Part shown: positions 41,379 to 50,820 of the stretch, one piece after another
Position numbering within the stretch: the first letter of the stretch is position 1
Layout of the letters: every line of letters begins with the position of its first letter
DNA from: Alphaproteobacteria bacterium
Lineage (GTDB): Bacteria > Pseudomonadota > Alphaproteobacteria > SHVV01
NCBI GenBank assembly: GCA_965261735.1
Contig: OZ253470.1
Coordinates: 800,001 to 864,000, forward strand
DNA: 64,000 nt
Direction: 5' to 3'
The notes under the pieces: generated by a model
What the model saw: the letters and a program-made list of their open reading frames with translations, nothing else
Database searches by the model: none
What the model was told of the DNA's origin: nothing
Position numbers and translations under genes: made by a program

Positions 41379-41656
41379 CGACCGGACCCTCGAGACAAAA
41401 AATCCCGCTCCACCGTCAACTCGCCGATCTTCGCGTGAAGATCACGGATCTCGCTCTCATGGTCCCGACGGCGGCGCTCGCCCCCGTTCGAAAACACTTC
41501 GCCAAGACCATCGATCGCCTGCCGCTTCCATGTGCTCACTTGGTTCGGATGAACCTGGTGCTGCGAGGCGATCTCCTGAAGCGTCCGGTCGCCACGAAGC
41601 GCCTCAAGCGCGATCTTCGCCTTCAGCTCCCCGGAAAACCTGCGTCTCTTACTCAT
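41375..41656 (-). CDS. IS3-family transposase OrfA (HTH)
   Basis: RRRFSGELKAKIALEA...KIGELTVERDFL; T6 run and ATGA overlap with OrfB. Confidence 0.93.
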   Translation of the reverse strand: MSKRRRFSGELKAKIALEALRGDRTLQEIASQHQVHPNQVSTWKRQAIDGLGEVFSNGGERRRRDHESEIRDLHAKIGELTVERDFLSRGSGR

Positions 41657-41688
41657 CGCGTATCCCTCCTCAGTCGGCGGAATACACC

Positions 41689-42633
41689 TTAAAAACCTGT
41701 CCGATTTTCCGGGGCCACCTCACTTACCGCTCGTCGGTTGAGAGGAAAGGGGCGGCTCAGCCTGCGGGAGTAGGGCGCCCGCTGACCCCCCGCTCGGCCC
41801 GCGTTGGGGAAGAAGAGTTGTTCGCCGTCGATGCGGAAGGTGGCGATCGCGGCTTGGCCGGCGGCGGACAGGAGCCAGTCGACGAAGGCGCGGGCGGCGG
41901 CCGCGTGCAGGTGGGGGTGGCGGGCCGGGTCGACGAGCACGACGCCGTACTGGTTGCGCAAGGCCGGATCGCCCGCGAAGAGGATGGCGAGATCGCCCTT
42001 GTTGGCGAAGCTCGTCCAGGTCGCGCGATCGCTGAGCGTATAGGCGCCCATGGCGGCGGCCGCGTTCAGCGTCGCTCCCATGCCGGCGCCCAGCTCGCGA
42101 TACCAGCTCCCGCTCGCCGCCGCCACGTCGACGCGCGCGCCGCGCCACAGCGCGAGCTCGGCCTTGTGGGTGCCGCTGTCGTCGCCGCGCGAGACGAAGA
42201 CCGATTTAGATTCAGCGATCCGGCGCACGGCGGCGCGCGCCTCGGCCAAGCCGCTTACGCGGGCCGGGTCGTGCGCCGGGCCGACGAGGACGAAGTCGTT
42301 GAACATCACGTCGTGGCGCTCGAGGCCGAAGCCGTCGGCCACGAAGCGGCGCTCGGACTCGGTGTGATGGACGAGCAGGAGGTCGGCGTCGCCGTTGCGC
42401 GCGAGCCGCAGGGCCTGCCCCGTGCCGACGGCGACGACACGGACGCGGATGCCCGTCGCCGCCTCGAAGCGGGGCAGGATGTGGGCGAGCAAGCCGGAGT
42501 TGTCGGTCGAGGTCGTCGAGGCGAGCGTAAGCACGCGCTCCGCTGCGCCCGCTGCGCCCGCTGCGCCGGCGGGCGCCGCCACCAGCGCACAGGCGAGCGC
42601 GGCCTCCAGGCCCGCGATGCGCGCCCTCACCAC
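41689..42633 (-). CDS. tupA: Tungstate ABC transporter substrate-binding protein (C-terminal tail reads into IS3)
   Basis: STTSTDNSGLL, GTGQAL, SRGDDSGTH and YTLSDRATW motifs. Confidence 0.9.
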   Translation of the reverse strand: MVRARIAGLEAALACALVAAPAGAAGAAGAAERVLTLASTTSTDNSGLLAHILPRFEAATGIRVRVVAVGTGQALRLARNGDADLLLVHHTESERRFVADGFGLERHDVMFNDFVLVGPAHDPARVSGLAEARAAVRRIAESKSVFVSRGDDSGTHKAELALWRGARVDVAAASGSWYRELGAGMGATLNAAAAMGAYTLSDRATWTSFANKGDLAILFAGDPALRNQYGVVLVDPARHPHLHAAAARAFVDWLLSAAGQAAIATFRIDGEQLFFPNAGRAGGQRAPYSRRLSRPFPLNRRAVSEVAPENRTGF

Positions 42634-43340
42634 AGCAGCCGGCCCTCGAGAAAGGCGGCGCCGGCCGCGCTTTCCGGCCCGTCGAAGAAGCTCGGCGCCG
42701 GCGCGCGCTCGGTGACGCGGCCGGCGTGCATGAACACGATCTCATCGGCGAGGCGGCGGGCCTGGGCGAGGTCGTGGGTGGTCATGACGATCTTGGTGCC
42801 GGCGGCGTGGATTTCCTCGATGATGGCCTCGACTTGGGCGGTCGCGCCGGGGTCGAGGCTGGCCGTCGGCTCGTCGAGGAAGATGATTTCGGGCTCGGTG
42901 GCCCAGGCGCGCGCGAGCGCGAGCCGCTGGCGCTCCCCGCCCGACAGCACCTGCGCCGGCCGTGCCGCGAGCCCTTCGAGCCCGGCACGGGCGAGCGCCT
43001 TGTCGGTTCGCGTTGGCCGCTGCGCCGCGGGCACGCCCTGCAGCTTGAGGCCGTAGGCGACGTTGGCGCGTACCGAGCGGCGCAACATTACCGGCCGCTC
43101 GAAGACCATGGCCTGGCGCCGGCGGGCGTCGGCGCCGTTGCCGCCCGCCCACCGGACCGTGCCCTGCGAAGGCGCGATCAGGCCGTGGCACAGGCGCAGC
43201 AGAAGGCTCTTGCCGGCGCCGTTCGGTCCCAGGATCACAGTCTTGGGGCGGGCCGCGATCTCGAGCGAGACGGCGTCGATGAGCGTGAGGGTGCCTGAGC
43301 GGTACGACACCGCGTCGAGGACGAGGGGGAAGATCGTCAC
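42627..43340 (-). CDS. tupC: Tungstate ABC transporter ATP-binding protein
   Basis: GPNGAGKS, LSGGERQR and DEPTASLDP motifs; operon context. Confidence 0.88.
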   Translation of the reverse strand: MTIFPLVLDAVSYRSGTLTLIDAVSLEIAARPKTVILGPNGAGKSLLLRLCHGLIAPSQGTVRWAGGNGADARRRQAMVFERPVMLRRSVRANVAYGLKLQGVPAAQRPTRTDKALARAGLEGLAARPAQVLSGGERQRLALARAWATEPEIIFLDEPTASLDPGATAQVEAIIEEIHAAGTKIVMTTHDLAQARRLADEIVFMHAGRVTERAPAPSFFDGPESAAGAAFLEGRLLW

Positions 43341-43343
43341 GCT

Positions 43344-44060
43344 TCAGGCGCGTCCGTAGGCGGAGACGCCGCCGAAGGCCACGGCGCCCGCGTTCACGCC
43401 GACGGCGATCAGCACCAGCACGATGCCGAGCGCGAGCGCGAGCGCGAGATTGCCCTTGCTGGTCTCGAGCGCGATGGTGGTGGTCATGACCCGGGTCGAA
43501 TGGGCGATGTTGCCGCCGACGATGAGCACCGCGCCCACCTCCGCGCTGGCCCGGCCGAAGCCCGCCATGACCGCGGTGATGAGGCTGAGCCGGGCATCCG
43601 CGATGAGGGTCCAAACCGCGTCCCACGGCCGCGCCCCGAGGGAGCGCAGTTGCTCGCTGTACTCGTCATAGAGCGTGCGCGTGATCTGGTGCGACAGGGC
43701 CGCGATGATCGGCGCGATGAGGATGGCCTGGGCCGCGATCATGGCGCCGGGCGTGTACAGCATGCCGAGGAACCCGAGCGGGCCCGCGCGCGATAGCAGG
43801 AGGTACACGATCAGCCCGACGAACACCGGCGGCAGGCCCATCAGCGCATTGAGCAGCACGACCAAAACTTTGCGGCCGGGAAACCGGTAGACCGCGATGA
43901 GGGCGCCGAGCGGCAGGCCGAGCACCGAGGCGATGAGCACCGCGCTCAGGCTGACGTAGAGCGAGCGGCGGACGATCTCGGCGAGCTCGGGATCGAGCGA
44001 CAGGATAAGATCGAGCGCCAGGGCGAACGCGGTGGCAAGGTCCGACATGTCATCCCCCAC
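43344..44060 (-). CDS. tupB: Tungstate ABC transporter permease
   Basis: NALMGLPPV, GFGRASAEVGA and TRVMTTTIALETSKG motifs. Confidence 0.9.
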   Translation of the reverse strand: MGDDMSDLATAFALALDLILSLDPELAEIVRRSLYVSLSAVLIASVLGLPLGALIAVYRFPGRKVLVVLLNALMGLPPVFVGLIVYLLLSRAGPLGFLGMLYTPGAMIAAQAILIAPIIAALSHQITRTLYDEYSEQLRSLGARPWDAVWTLIADARLSLITAVMAGFGRASAEVGAVLIVGGNIAHSTRVMTTTIALETSKGNLALALALGIVLVLIAVGVNAGAVAFGGVSAYGRA

Positions 44061-44146
44061 GGATCGGTTTCAAGTCGCGGCTGTCCGGTTTAGTGTATCG
44101 CGAGGAGCGCCTGATGGTCGGCGCAGGGTACGAGGAAGCGAGCGCC

Positions 44147-45991
44147 ATGGCGAAGGCCGGGAGTAGCGATCGGGCCCGCCGGGGTGGTGGCACCGCGCTG
44201 GGCGCAGTTCTCGCCCTCGCCGCCGGCTTAGCCTTGGCGTCGCCGGCGGCGGCGGAGTCGGCGCACGGCATCGCCATGCACGGCGCCCCGAAGTATGGGC
44301 CGGCCTTCGCCCACCTCGACTACGCCAACCCCGACGCGCCCAAGGGCGGCACGCTCAGGCTCGGAGTGACCGGCTCGTTCGACACCCTCAATCCCTTCAT
44401 CATCAAGGGGGTACCGGCCGCGGGGCGCCACTACGTGTTCGAGAGCTTGCTCAAGCGCACCTGGGACGAACCGTTCTCGCTCTACGGATCGATCGCCGCG
44501 AGCGTCGAGGTGCCGGACGACCGCTCGTGGGTCGCTTTCACCCTGCGCCCCGAGGCGCGCTGGCACGACGGCAGCCCGATCACGGCGGACGACGTCGTGT
44601 TCTCCTTCGAGACGCTGAGGGACCAGGGCCGCCCCAATCACCGCCTCTTCTACGGCAAGGTCGCGCACATCGAGCAGCCCGATCCGCGCACCGTGAAGTT
44701 CGTCTTCGGGCCCGAGGGCGATCGCGAGCTGCCCCTCATCATGGGGCTGATGCCGATCATCTCGAAGGCGTACTACACGGCGGCCGACTTCACCAAGAGC
44801 ACGCTCGAGCCGCCGCTCGGCAACGGCCCCTACCGCATCGAGTCGGTCGATCCCGGGCGGTCCATCGTCTACCGCCGCGTCACCGACTACTGGGCCCGCG
44901 ATCTGCCGATCAACCGCGGCCATTACAACTTCGAGCGCGTCCGCTACGACTATTACCGCGACTCGACGGTGCTGATGGAGGCGTTTACCTCGGGCGACTA
45001 CGATCTGCGGCGCGAGGGCTCGGCGGTGCGCTGGGCGACCGCCTACGGCATTCCCGCGGTAGCCGACGGACGCGTCAAGCGTGAGCTCCTGCCGCACCGC
45101 CGCCCCGCCGGCATGCGGGCGTTCGTCTTCAATACCCGGCGCGCGCTGTTCGCCGACCGCCGGGTGCGCGAGGCGCTCGGCTTCGCCTTCGACTTCGAGT
45201 GGCTGAACGAGAACCTGCTGCACGGCGCCTATGTGCGCACCGATAGCTACTTCGCGAACTCGGAACTCGCCTCGCGCGGGGCCCCGTCGGTGCGCGAACA
45301 GGCCCTCCTCACGCCCTACCGCGGCCGGCTCGCGGACGAGGTGTTCACCCGCGCCTTCGTCCCGCCCGCGACCGACGGCACCGGCAACGTGCGCGAGAAC
45401 CTCAAGGCGGCGCGCGCGCTCCTCGGCGAAGCCGGCTGGCGGGTGCGCGAGGGTGCGCTGCGCGATGGCGCGAGCCGCGCCTTCGCCTTCGAGATCATGC
45501 TGGTCCGCCCCGACAACGAGCGCATCGCGCTCGCCTACGTGCGCAACCTCGAGCGCCTCGGCATTTCGGCCCGCGTGCGCACCGTCGACACCGCCCAGTA
45601 CGAGGCACGGCGGCGGGCCTACGACTACGACATGATCATCCACCGCTGGGGCGTGACGCTCTCGCCCGGTAACGAACAGGCATACTACTGGGGCTCGGAA
45701 GCGGCGGTGCGCGAGGGCACGCGCAACTACGCCGGCATCAGCGATCCCGCGATCGACGGATTGATCGCCCACGTAACGGCGGCGCGCGAGCGCGCTTCGC
45801 TCGTCGCCGGGATTCGTGCGCTCGACCGCGCGCTGCTCTGGGGACATTACGTGGTGCCGCTCTATCACCTGACGAGCGATCGCGTCGCCTATTGGGACCT
45901 GTTCGGCCGCCCGCAGCTGACGCCGCTCTACGGATACGTGATCGAGACCTGGTGGCGCGACCCAGCGCGGGCCGCCGCGCTCGGCCGCTAG
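44147..45991 (+). CDS. ABC family-5 peptide-binding protein, YejA-like (no cognate permeases adjacent)
   Basis: HGIAMHGAPKY, YANPDAPKGG, FDTLNPF, ARWHDG and DRALLWGHYVVP motifs. Confidence 0.88.
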   Translation: MAKAGSSDRARRGGGTALGAVLALAAGLALASPAAAESAHGIAMHGAPKYGPAFAHLDYANPDAPKGGTLRLGVTGSFDTLNPFIIKGVPAAGRHYVFESLLKRTWDEPFSLYGSIAASVEVPDDRSWVAFTLRPEARWHDGSPITADDVVFSFETLRDQGRPNHRLFYGKVAHIEQPDPRTVKFVFGPEGDRELPLIMGLMPIISKAYYTAADFTKSTLEPPLGNGPYRIESVDPGRSIVYRRVTDYWARDLPINRGHYNFERVRYDYYRDSTVLMEAFTSGDYDLRREGSAVRWATAYGIPAVADGRVKRELLPHRRPAGMRAFVFNTRRALFADRRVREALGFAFDFEWLNENLLHGAYVRTDSYFANSELASRGAPSVREQALLTPYRGRLADEVFTRAFVPPATDGTGNVRENLKAARALLGEAGWRVREGALRDGASRAFAFEIMLVRPDNERIALAYVRNLERLGISARVRTVDTAQYEARRRAYDYDMIIHRWGVTLSPGNEQAYYWGSEAAVREGTRNYAGISDPAIDGLIAHVTAARERASLVAGIRALDRALLWGHYVVPLYHLTSDRVAYWDLFGRPQLTPLYGYVIETWWRDPARAAALGR

Positions 45992-46054
45992 GGTGTGGGT
46001 CATATGGCGCCGCTCGCGACGCGGAGCAGCCATTAGGGCAGCGGGCGTGAACGG

Positions 46055-46249
46055 TTAGCCGCCGCCGAAAACGGCCGGAGGAACGAGCGTCCCTTTGGCC
46101 AGCCACACACCGGCAACGAGATAGCAAATCGCCGACGCTCCCGAAGAAATCGTTCGAACGTGGTTCCAGAAACTCCAGTTCGGCACGTAGGTCTTCCAGT
46201 ACAACGCGACTTCGGAGCCGGAAAAATCCAAGGCATCGAGTCGTTGGTT
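46055..46249 (-). pseudogene. 3' fragment of a DUF1772 / anthrone oxygenase family membrane protein
   Basis: Manual translation NQRLDALDFSGSEVALYWKTYVPNWSFWNHVRTISSGAS...; WxxWNHVRT motif; 5' part missing from the IS end scar onward. Confidence 0.7.
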
Positions 46250-46262
46250 CCTTGCCTATCCG
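46250..46262 (+). mobile_element. Solo terminal inverted repeat scar of the IS1595/ISSod11 element
   Basis: CCTTGCCTATCCG is identical to the first 13 nt of the IS ends at 6536 and 60978 and lies exactly at the DUF1772 breakpoint. Confidence 0.65.
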
Positions 46263-46369
46263 CAGGAGAGATATATCGAGACGATTAAATCATTGGCGCG
46301 GCGCACTTTCGTGGCGGCGGGAGCGACGGCGCGACGATAGTCGAAATAGTGCGCCGTCTGCCGAAGGTC

Positions 46370-46398
46370 TTGACAAACATATCGGACGATACATATTT
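46370..46398 (+). promoter_or_regulatory. Sigma70 promoter with putative PadR operator
   Basis: TTGACA then a CATATT/ATATTT-like -10 at 16-17 nt; palindrome ATCG-GA-CGAT in the spacer. Confidence 0.55.
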
Positions 46399-46425
46399 TT
46401 GAGTCACACTGACAGGGAGACCGCT

Positions 46426-46986
46426 ATGTACCGCCGGCACTGGCGCCACCGTATGCACCATATGGCAAGGGACGCGCACCGCTTCGGGCCCTGGTCGCTC
46501 GAGGGCAAGTTCTTCGAGCGTGGCGAGGTACGCCTCGCCCTACTGTCATTGCTCGCCGATGGGCCACGCCATGGTTACGAGTTGATGACCGCGATCGAGG
46601 AGCGTTCAGGCGGGCTTCACCGTCCCTCGGCGGGAACCATCTATCCCACCCTGCAGCAACTGCAGGACGAGGAGCTCGTCATCTCGCGCGAGGTCGACGG
46701 CGGCAAGCGGATTTACGAACTAACCGAAGCTGGCCGCGCGCTCCTGGTCGACGAGGCGTCACGCGTTGAGGAGATCTGGGCACGTTCCAAGGACGAGGAA
46801 TGGGGCGGCTGGGTCGATGCCATGCATCCCGGCGCAGCCGAAATCGTGAAGCCGGCCTTTCGTCTGATGCGTACCGCCGTTCGCGCGACAGCGCGGGCAC
46901 ACGATCCGGAACGCAGGGAACGCGTGCGCGCCATCCTTGTCGATGCCGAACAGAAGATCCGCTCGCTCAAGGGGGACAGCGGCTAG
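46426..46986 (+). CDS. PadR-family transcriptional regulator
   Basis: GEVRLALLSLL...PRHGYELM...PSAGTIYPTLQQL...KRIYELT. Confidence 0.9.
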   Translation: MYRRHWRHRMHHMARDAHRFGPWSLEGKFFERGEVRLALLSLLADGPRHGYELMTAIEERSGGLHRPSAGTIYPTLQQLQDEELVISREVDGGKRIYELTEAGRALLVDEASRVEEIWARSKDEEWGGWVDAMHPGAAEIVKPAFRLMRTAVRATARAHDPERRERVRAILVDAEQKIRSLKGDSG

Positions 46987-47066
46987 CTTGGGCGACAGCG
47001 AAGTCCAAGGGGACCTGAGGTCAGGTTCCCCCGGTGCGGGAGGTTATCTGAGAAATGTCGGGTTCG

Positions 47067-47357
47067 ATGTCTGAGCAAGGCGTTCGCCATATCGCACTTA
47101 AGACCAGGGACCTCGACGCAACCGAGCGGTTCTACATTGGCTTCCTCGGACTCGAGCATATGTTTCCCGTAGACGGCATGCTGTTTCTCCAGACCCCTGG
47201 CGGCGGTGACGTTCTGAACTTCATCCAGACTGAGGAGCGCTTCGAGCCAAAGGCCGGAGGCCTCGACCACTTCGGCATCCACGTGCCCGAGAGTGACTGG
47301 AGCCAACTCCCGGAACAGCTTGAGCGGGCCGGCGTGCCCATTCAGGGGCGGCGAGGC
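47067..47357 (+). pseudogene. VOC/glyoxalase family protein, apparently 3'-truncated
   Basis: RHIALKTRDL...FY...LGL and GLDHFGI motifs; after GRRG the frame runs into the antisense of the T1SS tail instead of a DPDG..E strand. Confidence 0.6.
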
Positions 47358-49322
47358 GAGGCCGCGGCCGGCTCGGGCGCGTCGGCGGCCGGCTCCGTGG
47401 CGTCCCCGGTGACCGCGGGCTCGGACGCGTCGCTCTCCGGCCCCGCCGCTGCATCCGTTGGCTTGGCAGGCGGCAGCGGGCGGGGCGGCCGCGTTGCCGA
47501 TTGGCGCCGGCTTGGGCTTGGGTGGTGCGCCCGTTGACGCCGCCGCCGCGGGCGCGCCCGCCCGTGCCTTGGCGCCGGCGCCGGGTGCCGCCGCCGGCTT
47601 GGCCGCACGGACCGGTGTGGCGAGCAGTTGCGGCAGCACGTCCTCCGGGCGACCGGCGCGCACTAGCCGGCCCTTCTACAGTACCAGGATCTGATCGCTT
47701 GCCGTCAACATGGCGGCGCTGTGGGACACGACGATGACAGTGCGACCCTCGGCGGCCAGCGCGCGCAAGCCCTTCGCCAACGCCTGCTCGCCGTCTCGGT
47801 CGAGGTTGCTCGACGGCTCATCGAGGATGATGACGGGTGGCTCGCCGACAAAGGCGCGGGCGATGGCCAGCCGTTGGCGCAAGCCGCCGGGGAGCCGGCG
47901 TCCGGCCTCGCCGATGTCGGTTCCGTAGCCATCGGGCAGCTCGATCACGTGCTCGTGGAGCCCGGCGCGCCGCGCTGCTTCGGTAATCTCGTCGTCGCTG
48001 GCATCGGGGTGGCCCTTGGCGATGTTGTCGCGAATCGAGCCTGTGAAAAGGAATACCTCCTGCGGCACGTAACCGATCCAGGACGCGAGATTGCGGCGCG
48101 TGAACTGAGTCAAATCGGCGCCGTCCATCAGGACGCGGCCGTCCGTCGGCTGGTAGAGGCCCTGCAGCAGCTTGACCAACGTGGTCTTGCCACTGCCGTT
48201 GGCCCCCATGATGGCGACCATCGAACCCGGCTTGATGCTGAGCCTGAGATTGTCGACGACCGGCGCGCCTTCATCCTCATAGGAGAAGCTCGCGTGGTCG
48301 ACCGTGAGCTCGCCCTTGGGCCGGCCCATGTCGATGGCCATCTCCTGGCGCTCCTCGGGCATTCGAAACACCTCGCCCAGGCGATTCACCGCCTGCTGGA
48401 ACTGCGCGTAGTTGCGCCATGAGCCGACGAGCTGGTTGAACGGCCCGAGCACGCGGCCGACCAGCATGTTGGCGGCAATGAGCGAGCCGATCGTCATGTC
48501 CTGGTTGATGATCGCAAGCGCCCCGACGGCGGTCAATGACACCTGGCTCAACATGGTGAGCCCGGCTCCGAAATTGACGTACTTGTCGGCCGAGCCGCCG
48601 CGATCGAGGGCCTGCTCGATCGTGTCGGCGTGGCGATCCTCCCAGATCGGGCGGATCGAATCCTCCAGGGCCAGCGCCTTTACGGTGGTGCGCCCAGTCA
48701 CCATTTCCTGCACGAGCGCATCGCGCCCGTAGCCGACTTTGCGCTCGGCCGAGCTGCGCTCGCTCAGCACCCGCGCCGATCGCCATGCGAGCAGCACGAA
48801 GGTCGGGAGAATGAGGGCCAGCACCCACACGATGGGGGCCGCAATGAGGACGATCAGGGCAACGAACAAGACCGCGAATGGAAGGTCGGCGACGAGCATG
48901 GCCGAGGGCCCGGAGAGCGTGTTGCGGACCATTTCGACATCGCGGAAGAGGGCCTGCCAATAGGCGTTGGGCTTGGCCTCCAGGTCGCGCAAGGGAAGCG
49001 CGAGCAGCTTCTCGAACAGCTTGCGGCCGACGCCGACATCAAGCCGCAGCGCCGCCTTTTGCATGATCCGGCTGCGCGCCTGCCGAAGGATGTGGTCGAA
49101 CAGGACGACGAAGGAGATGCCGATCAGCAGGCCCTGCAGCGTGCTGAGGCCGGAATGAAAAATCACGCGGTCGTAAACCTGCAGCGTGAAGACGGGCACC
49201 GCGAGCGCGAGCGCGTTGACGAAGAACGACATCACCAGTACTTCGCGGAAAATCGGCCGCAGTGGCGTGACGAAGGGCCTGAGCCAGCCGCGCGACCTGG
49301 CGTCCTGGGCGCTGTCGCTCAT
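47342..49322 (-). pseudogene. Type I secretion ABC transporter (permease/ATPase) with in-frame TAG and probable tail frameshift
   Basis: FTLQVYDRV, GANGSGKTT, LPGGLRQR and LDEPSSNLD motifs; ...QILVL-TAG-KGRLVRAGRPEDVL continues in frame. Confidence 0.75.
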
Positions 49323-49522
49323 GCCCGCTATATGACCCGTTCACGTCCAAGGCGGCAACGAAAAAATTCGTGATTTCAAAGGCGGGCGCCCGAGTCTTGA
49401 CACGGGACGCGACCCGCGCGCAGCCCGCGCCGCGTCTTGGGTGTGGGCTCGGGCGATGCCGTGCTTGACCGATGGGCGCCGGGCGACGACCATGCGCGCC
49501 GGTTCCCCAACCGGCCGTCGCC

Positions 49523-49945
49523 ATGGCAACCGCAGCCCCTTCCACGCCGCCGCCCGCCGGCTTCGCGGTGCTCGACTTGCCGGGCGGCTTCGAGGCGCTG
49601 ACCGGCCCGCTCTACGTCGCCGACGGCGGCACGCGCTTCGCCTTTCGCGCCGGCTCCCAGCACACCAACCCCGACGGCGCGGTCCATGGCGGCATGCTGA
49701 TGAGCTTCATGGACGACGTGCTCGCGCTCACGCTCCTGGGCGCGCTCGAGACGCGCGCGCCGGTGGCCACCGTGAGCTTCGCCTGCGACTTTCTGAGCCC
49801 GGCCCGGCCGGGCGACTGGATCGAGGGCGCGGGCGAACTCACCGGCCGGACGCGCAGCCTCGCGTTCTTGAGCGGCCGGCTGACCACCGGCGAGCGCGGC
49901 GTGCTCTCGGCACGGGCCGTGTGGCGCCTGCCGTCCGCGAGGTAA
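49523..49945 (+). CDS. PaaI-family thioesterase
   Basis: HTNPDGAVHGGMLMSFMD motif; hotdog fold. Confidence 0.88.
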   Translation: MATAAPSTPPPAGFAVLDLPGGFEALTGPLYVADGGTRFAFRAGSQHTNPDGAVHGGMLMSFMDDVLALTLLGALETRAPVATVSFACDFLSPARPGDWIEGAGELTGRTRSLAFLSGRLTTGERGVLSARAVWRLPSAR

Positions 49946-50802
49946 TGTCCATGGCGATCGAGTACGACTCCCTCAAGGCCCTCGCCTTCGCCCCGCGCGA
50001 GCGTACCTACGGCGCCGACGACGCGATCCTTTATGCGCTCGGCCTCGGTCTCGGCTCGGACCCGATGGATGCGGACGAGCTGCGCTACGTCACCGAGACG
50101 GACCTGTTGGTGTTGCCGAGCCTGGCCACGGTGCTGGTCCAGGGCGAGCCGTGGCAGCCCGCGGCCGGCATCGCCATGACGCACGTCCTCCACGGCGAGC
50201 AGCGCCTGACGTTGCACCGGCCATTGCCGGCGCAGGCCAGCGTGGTCGATGCGCGCCGGGTGAGCGGCATCGTCGACAAGAGCCCGGATAGTGCGGCGCT
50301 CATCGAGGTCACGCAGGACATATTCGCGCGCGGCTCGGACGAGCCGATCGCGACGCTCGTCAACGTGACCTTCGCCCGCGGCCTCGGTGGCTTTGGCGGG
50401 CCCACGGAGTCTCTCGCACCGCCGCATGCGGTGCCGGGGACCGCGCCGGATGCGCACGTCGATCACCGGATCCCACCGCAGGCGGCGCTCATCTACCGCC
50501 TGAGCGGCGATCGCAACCGCCTCCACAGCGACCCCGCGTTCGCGCGCGAAGCCGGGTTCGAGCGGCCGATCCTGCACGGCCTGTGCACCTACGGCATCGC
50601 CTGCTACGCGATCGTGAAGACCTGGTGCGCGGGCGCGCCCGAGCGACTCACCGCCCTCGATGCACGGTTCACCGCGCCCGTCTACCCGGGCGAGACGCTG
50701 CGCACCGAGATGTGGCGCGACGGCGCCACCGTCTCCTTCCGCTGCCGCGTGCCCGCGCGCGCCGCCCTCGTCATCGACAACGGCCGCGCGACGCTGGGTT
50801 AG
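49945..50802 (+). CDS. MaoC-type double-hotdog (R)-enoyl-CoA hydratase
   Basis: ILYALGLG, LHGEQ, YRLSGDRNRLHSDP, PILHGLCT and PVYPGETL motifs. Confidence 0.9.
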   Translation: MSMAIEYDSLKALAFAPRERTYGADDAILYALGLGLGSDPMDADELRYVTETDLLVLPSLATVLVQGEPWQPAAGIAMTHVLHGEQRLTLHRPLPAQASVVDARRVSGIVDKSPDSAALIEVTQDIFARGSDEPIATLVNVTFARGLGGFGGPTESLAPPHAVPGTAPDAHVDHRIPPQAALIYRLSGDRNRLHSDPAFAREAGFERPILHGLCTYGIACYAIVKTWCAGAPERLTALDARFTAPVYPGETLRTEMWRDGATVSFRCRVPARAALVIDNGRATLG

Positions 50803-50820
50803 CGTGCGGCCTGTTCGGGC

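Larger units (their letters stand above)
40381..41722 (-). mobile_element. IS3-family insertion sequence with 3-bp target duplication CTT
   Basis: TG...CA ends with IRs TGAGGTGGCC..GGACA / TGTCC..GGCCACCTCA; CTT at 40378-40380 and 41723-41725. Confidence 0.95.
39945..41741 (+). pseudogene. YdjM-like metal-dependent membrane hydrolase, interrupted by IS3 and frameshifted near the start
   Basis: LPDIID...HHRSFGH and GYLSHLVLDAKTP motifs; removing the IS3 and one CTT copy restores ...KTPMSLPLVG*; the GGAG-ATG GCT AAC start is out of frame with HDVVG. Confidence 0.75.

Noticed and set aside
47676-47678. Pyrrolysine or recoded TAG
   Set aside because: Single case at a non-catalytic site; many genes here end in TAG normally; no pyl machinery in the window.
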